Shown here in pieces: positions 24,761 to 36,949 of a DNA stretch of 64,000 bases; position 1 is the stretch's first letter, and each line of letters starts with the position of its first letter. The stretch is from Octopus vulgaris. Lineage: Eukaryota. The stretch lies in assembly GCA_951406725.2 (NCBI GenBank), contig OX597822.1, forward strand, positions 37,634,001 through 37,698,000, given 5' to 3'. A program made the position numbers and the translations under genes. The notes below the pieces were generated by a model. It was not told the DNA's origin. It ran no database searches and was given only the letters and a program-made list of their open reading frames with translations.

Positions 24761-27399
24761 TTATCATTCATTCTTTCCAAGTCAATAAATAAATCCATTC
24801 TGCTCTTGTTTCGTCCTGTCGGTCTTTTTTTCCCCTTTCTTTCTGATAGAAATTAACTGTGAAGAGACATGAGCTCCCCCAGGTTTAAAAAAAAACTGCC
24901 CTAGACACGCCATATGTCACGACGGGGCTCCACGATTCCATGAGGCGTTGAGGTCCAAAGTAATAAGTACATTCAAGTAAATGGAAATTTAGTCAGGAGA
25001 GGGGGATAAATGTCAGGGGGAAAACTCAGAATTTCAGAGAAAATGTCAAAATTTTGCAAGGAAACACTCGCATTTAAAACTATACATAAAGTAATTAGAT
25101 AATTCGTTCTCTTCAAAATCCACTAAATATTAATTTTTCTGAAATTTTCCAATGACTTTTCCCCGATTCTAAATTTTTCAGATATGATTCTAGTAAACAA
25201 AGGCAATCTTGTCCTTTGCCGGTGTTCAGAAACTTATAGCTTTTAGATTACTTCCTAGCGAAGAGATAAATGATGGGAGGGTGAATTTCAAGCAGGTATG
25301 GCTTTGTGGTTGAGAAGTTTACCTCCAACCACATGATTTCTGGTTCAGTCCCACTATGTGGCATCTTGGGCAAATGTCTTCTACTATAACTCCAAGGTGT
25401 CCAAAGCCTTGTGAGTAGATTTGGTAGACAGAAACTAAAAGAAGCCCATCTTATATATATGTATGTATATGTGTTTTTGTGTATCTGCATTGTCGTCTCC
25501 TTGCTTTGAGATCAAGTGGTGGTTGTAAACAAGTGTCACTTTTTTTGCAAGCAATGTCCTTTGTTTCCAATCTTCCATAAAAACAACCGATCTTGTGGAA
25601 TTATCACCTAACTTGGAAATAGGTGAGGTTTAGCTGTAGGAAGGGTGTCTGACCTGATAAAATCTGCCACAACAAATTCTATTCAATCCATGCAAATGTG
25701 AAAATGTCAAAAGATGATGATGTCATCACAGATCCATTCTGTCAGATTAATAATGATGTCCCAGGTTCAATCCCACTGCCTGGCATCTTGGGTGAACATA
25801 ATTTTCTATAGCTTACAGTCAATCCATACTTTGTGAGTGAAACTACATAGATGGAAACTGTATTGAAGCCTTTGAGATGAATTGTACATGTAATTTAAAG
25901 GTCTTGCCTTGTCCTATATGATGTCACACTGATTTTCCCCAGAGAATTACATGCATCATATCACTGTATGAGTTTTCTCCTGTCTCAATGCGACTACAGC
26001 TACAAGGGAGAAAACACCATAATGCACCTGTGTTAAAGGTTAAGAGTGCACATCTGTGAAATACCTACTTACATGTTAATTCAATGGGTAGATAATTCAT
26101 TAGATCAAACGACTGAATCCTCGTTGTTGAATAACAGAGATCCATCATCACCAACATGACTAATTGTGGGGAAATATTAGCTTGCTTGAAAACAAGTGAT
26201 GGCATCTAGCCATAGAAAATCTGCCTCAACAAATTCCATTAAACCCATGCCTACATGGAAAATTGGATGTTAAAATGATGATGAAGAACATAATGAATCT
26301 CCCTAGTCTGGGAAGGTCTGCAAAGGTCATGGGTACTAGCCCCTTCTCACATGACTAATAGCAAATTTTCATTTCATTTATCAGTTATCTTTTACTTGGG
26401 CATCACCTGGAAGAATTTTTAGTTGAATGAATTGACCCCAGTCCTCATTTTTTAAAGCCTTTGCAGCACTACTAAGTTACGGGGATGTAAACATACCAAC
26501 ACCGGTTGTCAAGTGGGGGTGGGGGACAGACACGCTTCTTTCAGTTTGTCTACCACCTGTAAATCCACTCAAAAGGCTTTGGTTGGCTTGATGTTAAAGT
26601 AGAAGGCAGTTGCCCAAGGTGCCACACAGGAGGATTGAACTTGGAATCATGTGGTTGGGAATCAAGCTTCTTATTTCTTTACTGCCCACAAGGGACTACA
26701 CACAGAGGGAACAAACGGATTAAGCTGATTAGATCGATCCCAGTGCGTACTTATTTAATCGACCCCGAAAGGATGAAAGGCAAAGTCAACCTCGGCGGAA
26801 TTTGAACTCAGAATGTAGTGGCAGACAAAATACCACCAAGTATTTTGCCCAGCGTGCTAACATTTCTGCCAGCTCGTCGCTTCTTACCACACAGCCACAC
26901 TTGCAACTATGGCACAGAGCATATCACAAAAAAAAAAAAAAAGCCTAAAAATCATGAAATCAAATTATTCAGCAGATATGACATATTACAAACTAATCCA
27001 ATGAATTAAAAAGAAAAAGAAGGCAAAATACAGAAGAAAATAAAACCAGTTTTATTTTATATAATTAAAGCATAGAAATCCAAGCTGACATGATGAAAAC
27101 CACCAAATCTGCATTACATATACCAAACACCTGGAGCAAAAATATCTGAAGTTAGCTTTGTTGAAGTAATAGACATGTGAATTAAGCTGGAAGCTATGTG
27201 TACAAGAAGGAACAGAAGGATATTCTTGAACCATTTATGTTATTTTAAGATAGTTTAATCTTCAAAATCCACATTTTGGGCCCCACCAGGATATATTTTA
27301 AACAGAAATATAGAAAACACAAGTAAACCCTGCTGTCAGTGTTTTATTGTTGTGGTTGCCCCCCCCCCCCCCCCAGTAAAAGCCTAATGTCGTATTTTC

Positions 27400-28860
27400 A
27401 GTTACATGGCAGAATGACTTGAGATTTGAAAGTTTTGGAGAGAGAACTTGGCAATGAAGAGAGTATTTTGGGAAAGATTGGTAGAGAGAATTTCATTTGG
27501 AATCGTTCTATATTGAAAATGCTGTTCATAGGAACCTTTTTGATGGGGGCAACTTAGACATGGTGGAGGCACATGGCCTAGTGGTTAGAGCAGCGGACTC
27601 GCGGTTGAGGGATCACGGGCTTGAATCTCAGACTGGGCGATGTGTGTGTTTACGAGTGAAACACCTAAGCTCCACATGGGTCCGACAGATGGTAATGGCA
27701 AACTTCTACTGACTCTTTCACCACAACTCTCTCTCACTCTTTCCTCCTGCATCTTGCAGCTCACTTGTGACGGACCGGCATCCCGTCCAGCTGAGGAACC
27801 TTATATACCAAGGAAACTGGCCCTTATGAGTATAGCGTGGCTCGAGAAGGAACAAACAAAATAAACTTAGACATGAGCTACAAATGTTAGTAGTACTGAC
27901 GATAACATATCTTTGCAATCCCTCCCCAAACGATGGAAACTCCATAAGGACAATGGTCACTACCCTTTTTTAACTAAGCTATAGTAAAAAACAAAACAAA
28001 AAAACCCCTCATTCTTATTAAAGAACCCAGTTATCTCATTAAAATTTGGATGGTGTTTGATAATAGCTATCCATCTGAGGTAACTAGAGATGACATGGGT
28101 TATCTGAGACAGCTGAACCCAGTATTTAAAGGCCAGAGATAAGTCTTATAGTTCCTATAGAATCAAATCTTCTATAGTCTTTTGCCACTGAGAATTTTGG
28201 TGCAAACTTTTGACCATGTCTCACAAAGGAACATCCTAGCAAGGTTGCTGACTAATATAAGCTTCATCTAATCTCTATGAGCAAGTTTTTAGCAAAACTA
28301 TTTACTACAACTTGTGTTGGCAGAGCTTTCTCCAACCCCCATTCTGTCAGCTCTGGTGTACATCAAGATTCAGTTATGTCTCCTATTTTTTTACCATGAT
28401 ACCAGACAGTACTTCTCTTAATTCTTCTGTACACTGATGGTATCCACAACCAAGAGACTATACAAATATTTTTTAGTTGATAAGCAATCTTTTGGGAAAG
28501 ATTTCCATTTGGAATTGTTCTATATTGAAAATGCTGTTCCATGGGAACCTTTTTGATGGGGTCACTTAGACACGTGCTACAAATGTTAGTAGCATTGACG
28601 ATAACATATCTTTGCAATCCCCACCCAATGCTACATAAGCATTGATCTCATTTAGTCCTAGGGGGCTTAAAATATTCAAAGAAGCTGTGTCTTCTCTGAC
28701 TGATTGATAAATATTAAAATACTACAATTCCATAGTTCTACTACTATCTCTTCTAACTCCATTATAAAACATCCTACTCTCCTGAAGTAAAAAGCTATGT
28801 GGCGTCATAAATCTTCAATCATCAACACACTACATCAACTACAATTCTTGATTCTTCAAA
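27400..28860 (-). pseudogene. Decayed, rearranged coding fragments resembling a negative-strand RNA virus L polymerase (candidate EVE)
   Basis: V..TN.C..CL..PI...P motif present twice, and YQSV..DTAS...IL..LGL.....YVALG, resembling the Mononegavirales/Jingchuvirales L capping-domain end and methyltransferase start; recognised by eye only. Confidence 0.42.
27563..27863 (+). mobile_element. tRNA-derived SINE with 12-bp TSD
   Basis: A-box TGGCCTAGTGG, tRNA-like head, A-rich tail; TSD AACTTAGACATG at 27551-27562 and 27864-27875. Confidence 0.85.
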
Positions 28861-28861
28861 G

Positions 28862-29133
28862 CAGTGGTTCTCAACTGGGGGTTCATATGGCCCTTGGTGG
28901 CGGGGTGTGGGGAGTGTCCATAAAAGATTTTGTTGCTAAAATTTATGTGCAATAAATTGCTTATATTTATACAATATATTTCTTAAATACAATTCCAAAT
29001 GATTTTTAATTATAAAAATACAGTAGGATTTTTTAGGACCCCCGTGTCGTGATGATGAATCGCTATGGAGGTCCAGTAGAGCAAAATGGGAATCAAAGGG
29101 GGCTCATAGACAAAAGATGGTTGAAAACCACTG
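28862..29133. mobile_element. hAT-like MITE
   Basis: TIR CAGTGGTT(C/T)TCAAC; 8-bp TSD CTTCAAAG/ATTTAAAG (6/8). Confidence 0.7.
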
Positions 29134-32100
29134 ATTTAAAGTAACAAGCTATGTACTAGCCCCTGTCCTAGAAACTCTATTTTATACACCTACTTTTTTT
29201 CCTGCCATATTCCTACTATCTTATTCTGACAAGCTCTGCACTAAATGCAATGTCCAACCCTTCTTCTACAAAATTGTATCAACCCACACCACACCAATCC
29301 AACCACCATGGAGCTCCTTCCCTTCTCACAACTTTTCTACAGACAACTTATAAAAATTCAAACTAAACATCAATCACATCAGTCTCGGAAGGATTGTTGT
29401 CGCTGCTGTTGTTTAGCACCAAAGTATTCAAGCCATGACCACCCTGTCTTAGTTTTGATGTTGACTACATTATCTGATGTGTGTTCTTCTCCCCTTTTAG
29501 GCTGAAAGAAAATTCAGCTGCTTTTTCCAGCAGATTGGCAACCACATAAACTCTCACACCTTTGTACCCATAAATTGTAAAGGTGATGGGCAAAACTATC
29601 CTTTCATCTTCTTCTTCCAACTATATAATTAAAAATAAAACATCAATAAATGTCTTGTTAGCTCTTCATGAAATTTTAAGTGTTAGGGTGATTAGTTCCA
29701 CTTTAAATATGATAAAAGAAAACAGACACACACACATATATATATATTCATCATCATCATCGTTTAACGTCCATTTTCCATGCTGGCATGAATTGGACAG
29801 TTTGACTGAGGGCTGGCGAACCAGAAGGTTGCACCAGTCGCCAGTTTGATCTGGCAAAGTTTCTACAGCTGGATGCCCTTCCTAATGCCAACCACTCCGA
29901 GAGTGTAGTGGGTGCTTTTACGTGCCACCGGCATGAGGGCCAGTCGGGCGGTACTGGCATTGGCCATGCTCAAATGGTGTTTTTATGTGCCACCTGCACA
30001 GGAGCCAGTCCAGTGGTATTGGCAACAACCATGCTCGAATGGTGCTTTTTTATGTGCCACTGGCACAGAGCCAGTCAGTGGCCCTGACAACGATCACGCT
30101 CAAATGGTGCTTTTAACATTCCACTGGCATGAGTGCCAATCAGGTGGTACTGACATTAGTCACGATAACGATTTCACTTACATCAACAGGTTTTCGCAAG
30201 CATAGTTTATTGTCCAATGATTGAAGAGGTTACTCTTAAATGGGCTGGTTATATATACATATATATACTGGAGTAAGCACATAAATGTGAAACAAGGTGG
30301 AAAAAAAGAGTACTCAAATACCAGAGGTAGAGTAATATGCTTTATTTAAAAGCAGCAGAAATATAACAAAAGCTGTTACTCAGAGTAACAGATGAACGGG
30401 AACGTGAACAGCTTTTGTTATATTTCTGCTGCTTTTAAATAAAGTATATATATCATTCGTTCATTTAACGTCCACTTTCCATGCTAGCATGGGTTGGATG
30501 ATTTGACTGAGGGCTGGCGAACCAGATGGCTGCACCAGGCTTCCAATCTTGATCTGGCAGAGTTTCTACAGCTATATATATATATATATATATATATACT
30601 TGCCTAGAACCTGTCATCATTTCTCTGAACCACCCCTCCCCACTGGTGCTCCCCTATATATTTCTATACCCCCCCCCCCACATAAAAAGCACCATCCGAA
30701 CGTGGCCGATGCCAGACCCCTCTGGCACCTGTGCAGGTGGCACGTAAAAAACACCCACTACACTCGCGGAGTGGTTGGCGTTAGGAAGGGCATCCAGCTG
30801 TAGAAACACTGCCAGACTAGACTGGAGCCTGGGGCAGTCCCGAGCTCCCCAGACCCCGGTCGAAACCGTCCAACCCGTGCTAGCGCGGAAAACGGACGTT
30901 AAACGATGATGATGATGATGATGATATATATATATATATATTATACACAAGGGGTACCCATTGCATTGTCAATTGAGGGATTGTATGGTAAGCACTATCT
31001 GAACATGAAACTTGAAGTAGTTCACATATATCTCTTGTATTCCTTAAATGATATACATACATTCATATATACACACACACATCATGTCAAAAGGTACACA
31101 TGTGCTTCAAACAGATATTGTTTCTTTTCTTGTTTCTTTCTTTGATTATGGATTCACCTGTTGAAATGTTAATCTACTTTTTCTATTTCCAGTGGATTAT
31201 TCATTTTGCACAATTTTTTATGTTAATTTCTGTGTGCTTATACTTTGTCCACTGCCTTTTGAATTTTTGTCTCCCAATTGTAATCTCTCACATTGTCCAA
31301 CTGTCCATCTTATTCCCCTCATTTCATTTGTGCTATTCTACCTATCAATCTGTGTGTGTATGTTCTTCAATTCTTCTACTTGTTTCAGTCATTTGACTGT
31401 GGCCATACTGGTGCACCATCTTAAAGAGTTTTAGTTGAAGAAATCGACCCTAGGGCTTATTCCTTATAAGCCTAGTACTTATTGTTCTCTTTTGATAGAT
31501 CACTAAGTTACAGGGGACATAAACACACCAACACTGGTTGTCTAGTCCAAGTAATAGTTGGGGTACAAACACAGACCCAAAGACACACATATATATATAT
31601 ATATATGATGGGCTTCTTTCAGTTTCTACCAAATCCACTCACAAGGCTTTGATCTGCCTGAGGCTATAGAAGACACTTGCTCAAGGTGCTACACATTGGG
31701 ACTGAACCCAGAACCATGTTGTCGGAAAGCAAGATTCTTACCACACAACCATGCCTGCACACACACACATATATATTTATTTATTTATTATTCTTAAACA
31801 AGAACATTATTGATAGTAACTTTGAAGTTTTGGTCAGCTAAGCTATTGTTGGACTGTAGTCTGTTGAGGGATGAACACCCTCAAGCTGACCTGCTCCAAA
31901 GTATTAAGTGGTGTCCAGACACCTATACATACTATACCATTAGGCAGTTGGCATCCCAGAGTTGGGGATTTCAACATTTGTAGTTCCTCCATTATTCCTA
32001 TCCCTTAATCATTTAGCATTCAGGTAATTCTGTCAAATGTAATGCTTAGTTATCCACATTGTTTTGAATTGATCATATATTATCTCGTAGTTTAGAGATG

Positions 32101-33787
32101 ATGTGATTGTTTATTTTTAAAATGGCATTGTAGGGTAGGTGTGAGAGGCCAGATCTGTCTGGTTTGAACACAAAGCAGGTAGATTATTTGGGTCAGATAT
32201 AGCTAACCCTTTCATTAGCATATTTCTGTTGGGAAACATTGGGAAACATTGTTGGGAAACATTGCCTTTGTTTCAATTAATTTATTTTGAAAATATAGAA
32301 GAATCTAGTAAAACAGCTTTGATGCTAATTAAACAGGTGTTTGGAATATAAATTAACATGGAATTTTGATGTTGGTTTATGCTTAGATCACTTCAAAACA
32401 AGGAATTTTATCAGAGAACAAAGAGCAGTTTTGGGTGGGTTCGTATTAAGGAGGTTAAAGATTAAAGCTGAAGAATGCAACCCAACAAACACTTCACACT
32501 TCAACTGCAAATTAGGCAATTCATTCAGAAAAGATTCTACATGGTTGCTCAAGCTGCAAGAAATAGAAGCTAACTCTGCCTCAAATCACACCCTACCATC
32601 TTGAAAAATCTTAGATATAAGCCTAAAAGAATAGATTGTGGCTGGAATATATTTTTTTTTATAGATCACTGGCAAATTCTGCTACATCAGAGTTGATCCA
32701 TGGCTAAAGCAACAACAACAACAACAACAACCTCTAACACAATGTCTAAGAGAAAGGGTTTTCTACCAATTAAATATAGATAAGATGTGTAAATATCTGA
32801 TTAATTCTTTGTACTATAGGCACAAGGCCTTTGGAATTTAGGAGAGAGAGCTAGTCAATTATATTGACCCAGAAAGAATGAAAGGCAAAGCTGACCACAG
32901 TGAAATTTGAACTCAGAACATAGAGAGAAAGAAAAGCTAACAATTGTTAACGATTCTGTCAGCTTGCTGCCATTATCTAATTATTTGATTAATAAGATCT
33001 AAGAATAACTCCAGATACAGTTTTTACATAATTTTATATCAGGAATTAAATTTATTTTTAGATTTTAAACTAAATTGTTTTATGTCCCAACTAAATTATC
33101 TCCCCACCTCCACCTATAGAGTTCAGTCCTACCCATCTTACCCCAGCAAAAAGAGTCATGTCAAGTAAGGACATCCACAAATACATGAACTGGAGTGGAG
33201 TGGCAGCCAGGACTCAAAATAGTTATCAACAGACAATACTAGTTTCAAATTTTGACACAAAGCCAGCAAGCTTGGGGAAGGGGGTTAATCAATTACATCA
33301 ACCCCAATGCTCAACTACTACCTATTTTATTGACCCCAAAAAAGGATAAAAGGAAAAGGCAGCCTCAGTAGAATTTGAACTCAGAATGTAAAGATGGATG
33401 AAATGCCACTAAGCATTTTGCCCAGCAAACTAACAATTCTGCCAGCTCACTGCCTTATTAACAAAAGACTGTATTAGTATACAGTGTTAGTCTTTTCTAT
33501 GTTTTCTGCCTAAAGAAAGCTTGTTTATATAAAAAGGAAGTATGTAGAGTCAAATGACTCTACAAATGACTCCTGTATATTACTAGTATAGTATTTGATT
33601 CCTGGAGGGGAGAAAGTCAAAGCTGATACTGGTCGGATTTGAAGTTAGGAATGATGATCAGACTGAAAGATAACTAAGATTATGATGTATCATGAAAATA
33701 GCAGCTTCTAAGTCCTTGTTTTAATAGGTAAAATGTGCAATGAGGATTTTGTTGTTGTTGATAATGTTGATATTTTGAAACCAAAGT

Positions 33788-34182
33788 TTAGGTTTGCCTT
33801 AAGAATATTTCATAGTCACGTAGTTGGTCAACAAAACCACAGTTTGGGTGAACAACCGGTCGTTTTCCTTTCACATACCAGAAACTGTCAGAGAAACTCA
33901 TGCCCTCAGTCTTCATCAGGTAACCAATAACAATAGAAGCAGCACGAGATATGCCTGCGTTGCAGTGCACCAGTACACAACCAGAGCTACGTCCCTCTTC
34001 TATAAAGGCAAAAGCTTCATCAAAGGTGTCAACGATTTTGCTGTCTGGCAGGTCATAGAGCTTGATAGATTTGTATGTGAATTGCTCTGGATAGAGATTT
34101 TCAACTCCAGTTGCGACATTCAAGATGTGTGTCACATTATGTTTATTAAGTGTTTCCAGACTCTGGGCAACATCTTGGGAAC
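33788..34182 (-). CDS. DUSP19: DUSP19 last coding exon (catalytic domain)
   Basis: cag acceptor, phase 1; GSQDVAQSLETLNKHNVTHILNVATGVEN...DLP...VLVHCNAGISRAASIVIGYLM...RPVVHPNCGFVDQL; intact CX5R motif; TAA stop; total protein 207 aa. Confidence 0.94.
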
Positions 34183-34418
34183 CTGTGTAGAAAAAGACAA
34201 AAAAAAATATAATTAAAACAAAGTTACATAGTGATTCTTTCAATAGTGTTGTTTATCCTCCAACTCCATGGAGTTCTGAAAATGAAAATGCTTTGAAAAT
34301 CCCACTGAAAAACTTCATCACTAAAATGAATGAGCATAGAAACATTTTTGGACTGATTCGAAACATTATTGCAGGAACAATGTTTGATCAATACGTCCTT
34401 CCTTCTTTCAAGATCATA

Positions 34419-34865
34419 TGATGGGGTGCTGAAAAATTCCTGGTTTTAAGGGCATTGCGAAAGGCCTAGTTGGAGGCCCAACCTTCCGAGTTCTTCTACA
34501 GGGCTTAGAAAAACTGAGGACCACTACAATAAGTGTGTAAGTCTAAGAAGGGATTATCATCATCGTTTAGCGTCCGCTTTCCATGCTAGCATGGGCTGGA
34601 TGGTTCAACTGGGGTCTGGGAAGCCAGAAGGCTGCACCAGGCCCAGTCTGATCTGGCAATGTTTCTACGGCTGGATGCCCTTCCTAACGCCAACCACTCC
34701 GTGAGTGTAGTGGGTGCTTTTTACGTGCCACCGGCACAGGTGCCAGACGAGGCTGGCAAACGGCCACGATCGGATGGTGCTTTTTACGTTGGATAAAAAT
34801 CATAATTAACTGATCCTCCTGTATCTTCTTTTACCCAAAACCAGGAACTTTTCAGCACACCCTTG
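34419..34865. mobile_element. mariner-type MITE with a nested RTE-tail repeat (34555-34790)
   Basis: TIR GTGCTGAAAA(A/G)TTCCTGGTTTT at both ends. Confidence 0.65.
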
Positions 34866-35959
34866 TAGAATGTGGTTTGTGAGAGATTTGGTTGCTATTT
34901 CTAGCAGTGACCACATAGCAGTTGTGTTTTCTTATATGTACCCAGTTTCGATGACTGCACCCCAACCGTTGTAGAATTTGGTCTTGAGTTTTATCAAGAA
35001 AACTCAGTATTATTTTTGCTTTAAGTGGTTTCAAGGGCCTCTTTCCTCAATTCTAATTTTGTGAATGTTGCATATGTTTGGCAATTAACTGACTTTATCA
35101 AGTTTTTACATACAAGTACATATATGTCTGCATGTATGTATGTATCTACATCATCTGTATGTATTTGTGTGTGCGTGCATTATTTTCATGTTGGTCAAGT
35201 CGTTCTCTTGCTGCTTTGAATAACAGAATAACACTAAACTGGCGTGTGTGCGTAAATTATGTGTATAAGCCTCCCTTGCATTTAGAAGCTGCAAAATGAA
35301 TGTTCACAAAACCATATACAAAATTATCTGCCAACTTGAGAAATTTTGCATAACAGTTATTTTGAGGAATAGCTACCAAATCTCCCTCAAACACACCCAA
35401 CCCTCTTGTCAAGAAAGGAGACATAACATGGAAAGATAAAAAGTCGTCAGGGAATAGCTGTGTCAATTTCTCTCTGTTTTTCTCTAATGGCGGAAGAGTG
35501 AGAAAAATAGAGAATGAAAGATATATATGAAGATATGCAGAGAAAAAAGAACAATGGTAATGATAGCAGTGGTATGTTTTTGTGACATCAAACTGTTTTT
35601 TTTTCTCCTTCAGTTTTTAATTGTTTTATCCTTCTTTCTCACTCTCTGGCCAAGTGGAATAAAAGACACCAGAAGTGAAAATCATAAAAGAGGAGAGTGA
35701 TGGTGAGGATGGTGGTAGTTTGAAAACAGGATCAAAATAGATAACGGTCATACTCCATTGCAACATTCTTTTGCATCAAATGAATGCAGATTTTTCACCC
35801 GTTACTTACATTATACAACATTGGGAAAGATTACAGGTATTTTTTCAAAGCAACATCAAGCAACAAACTAAAATACTTTATATAGAATATTGGTTTCAAG
35901 ATACTTGACAATATTCAATCCTTTAGCATTTAAACCAGCAATATCAGGCCCAATTATTA

Positions 35960-36557
35960 TGAGTTATTACCAGAGAAAAAAGGATGTAAAGGAAATAGGA
36001 AAGAGCCAATGAAATAAGTCAAGAAAGGTGATAAAGTGCATTTCAAAACCTATAGAAATGGTAAAGAAGGCTGGGAAGATAGACTTGTTACCAGAAAAAT
36101 TGGAAGTACGATGTATCTAATTAAAGGGTGACATGATGAACATATGAGACACATAAACCAACTAAGGAAGAGGCATACCCGAGATCAGGAAGAAATTACC
36201 ATGGAAGTATTCTGTGAAATATTGGATGTACTGGTACCAAAAGTAATAGATCCTGTAGAACCAGAATGAGAGAATGAAAGCATATTGAACACCTTGAGAT
36301 ACTGCCCAAGTGAAAGAGATACTAAAAAAATAAATAAATAAAAAATTTCTTCCTTTGGAACATGAAATCTCAAAAAGGGAGATGTGTGAGAGTATGATGC
36401 CCCCTAGTGAGAATAGATTGGACCACTGCATATAAATAGTTGTAGTTTGAATAAATGAGGTAGTTTGTGCTAGTTCCACAGTTTGTGTGCTGATAGTTCA
36501 AAGTTTACAGTTCAAGTTAGCATGTTGGACTGCTGGTTCTTAAAAATTGTGGTTACA
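35960..36557 (+). mobile_element. Gypsy LTR retrotransposon 3' remnant (integrase C-terminus, PPT, short LTR)
   Basis: KGDKVHFKTYRNGKEGWEDRLVTRKIGSTMYLIK...RHINQLRKR; polypurine tract AAAAAGGGAGA then TGT at 36383; candidate LTR end ...ACA at about 36557. Confidence 0.7.
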
Positions 36558-36597
36558 TTCCATGGGGTTACTGCCATTTGTTTCAATTATATTGTTA

Positions 36598-36875
36598 CTA
36601 GCAAAGATATCCGGCATTGCCCGTGTCAAATGGAATTGAAGAATTAGACTTTTCTTTTATATTCTCTCTAATGAACTGGAATACCTATCATCATCATCAT
36701 CATCATCATCGTTTAGTGTCCGCTTTCCATGCTAGCATGGGTTGGACGGTTCAACTGGGGTCTGTGAAGCCAGAAGGCTGCATCAGGCTCCAATCTGATC
36801 TGGCAGTGTTTCTACAGCTGGATGCCCTTCCTAACACCAACCACTCCGTGAGTGTAGTGGGTGTTTTTGACGTGC

Positions 36876-36949
<74 letters not shown>

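Noticed and set aside
27563-27640. tRNA-like sequence
   Set aside because: It is the head of a SINE with a TSD and tail; the B-box is degenerate and there is no complete cloverleaf. The same applies to family A and B heads.
33824-34216. 130-aa plus-strand ORF
   Set aside because: It is the antisense shadow of the DUSP19 catalytic exon. Likewise 7675-7863 and 5910-6113 shadow RBM45 exons.
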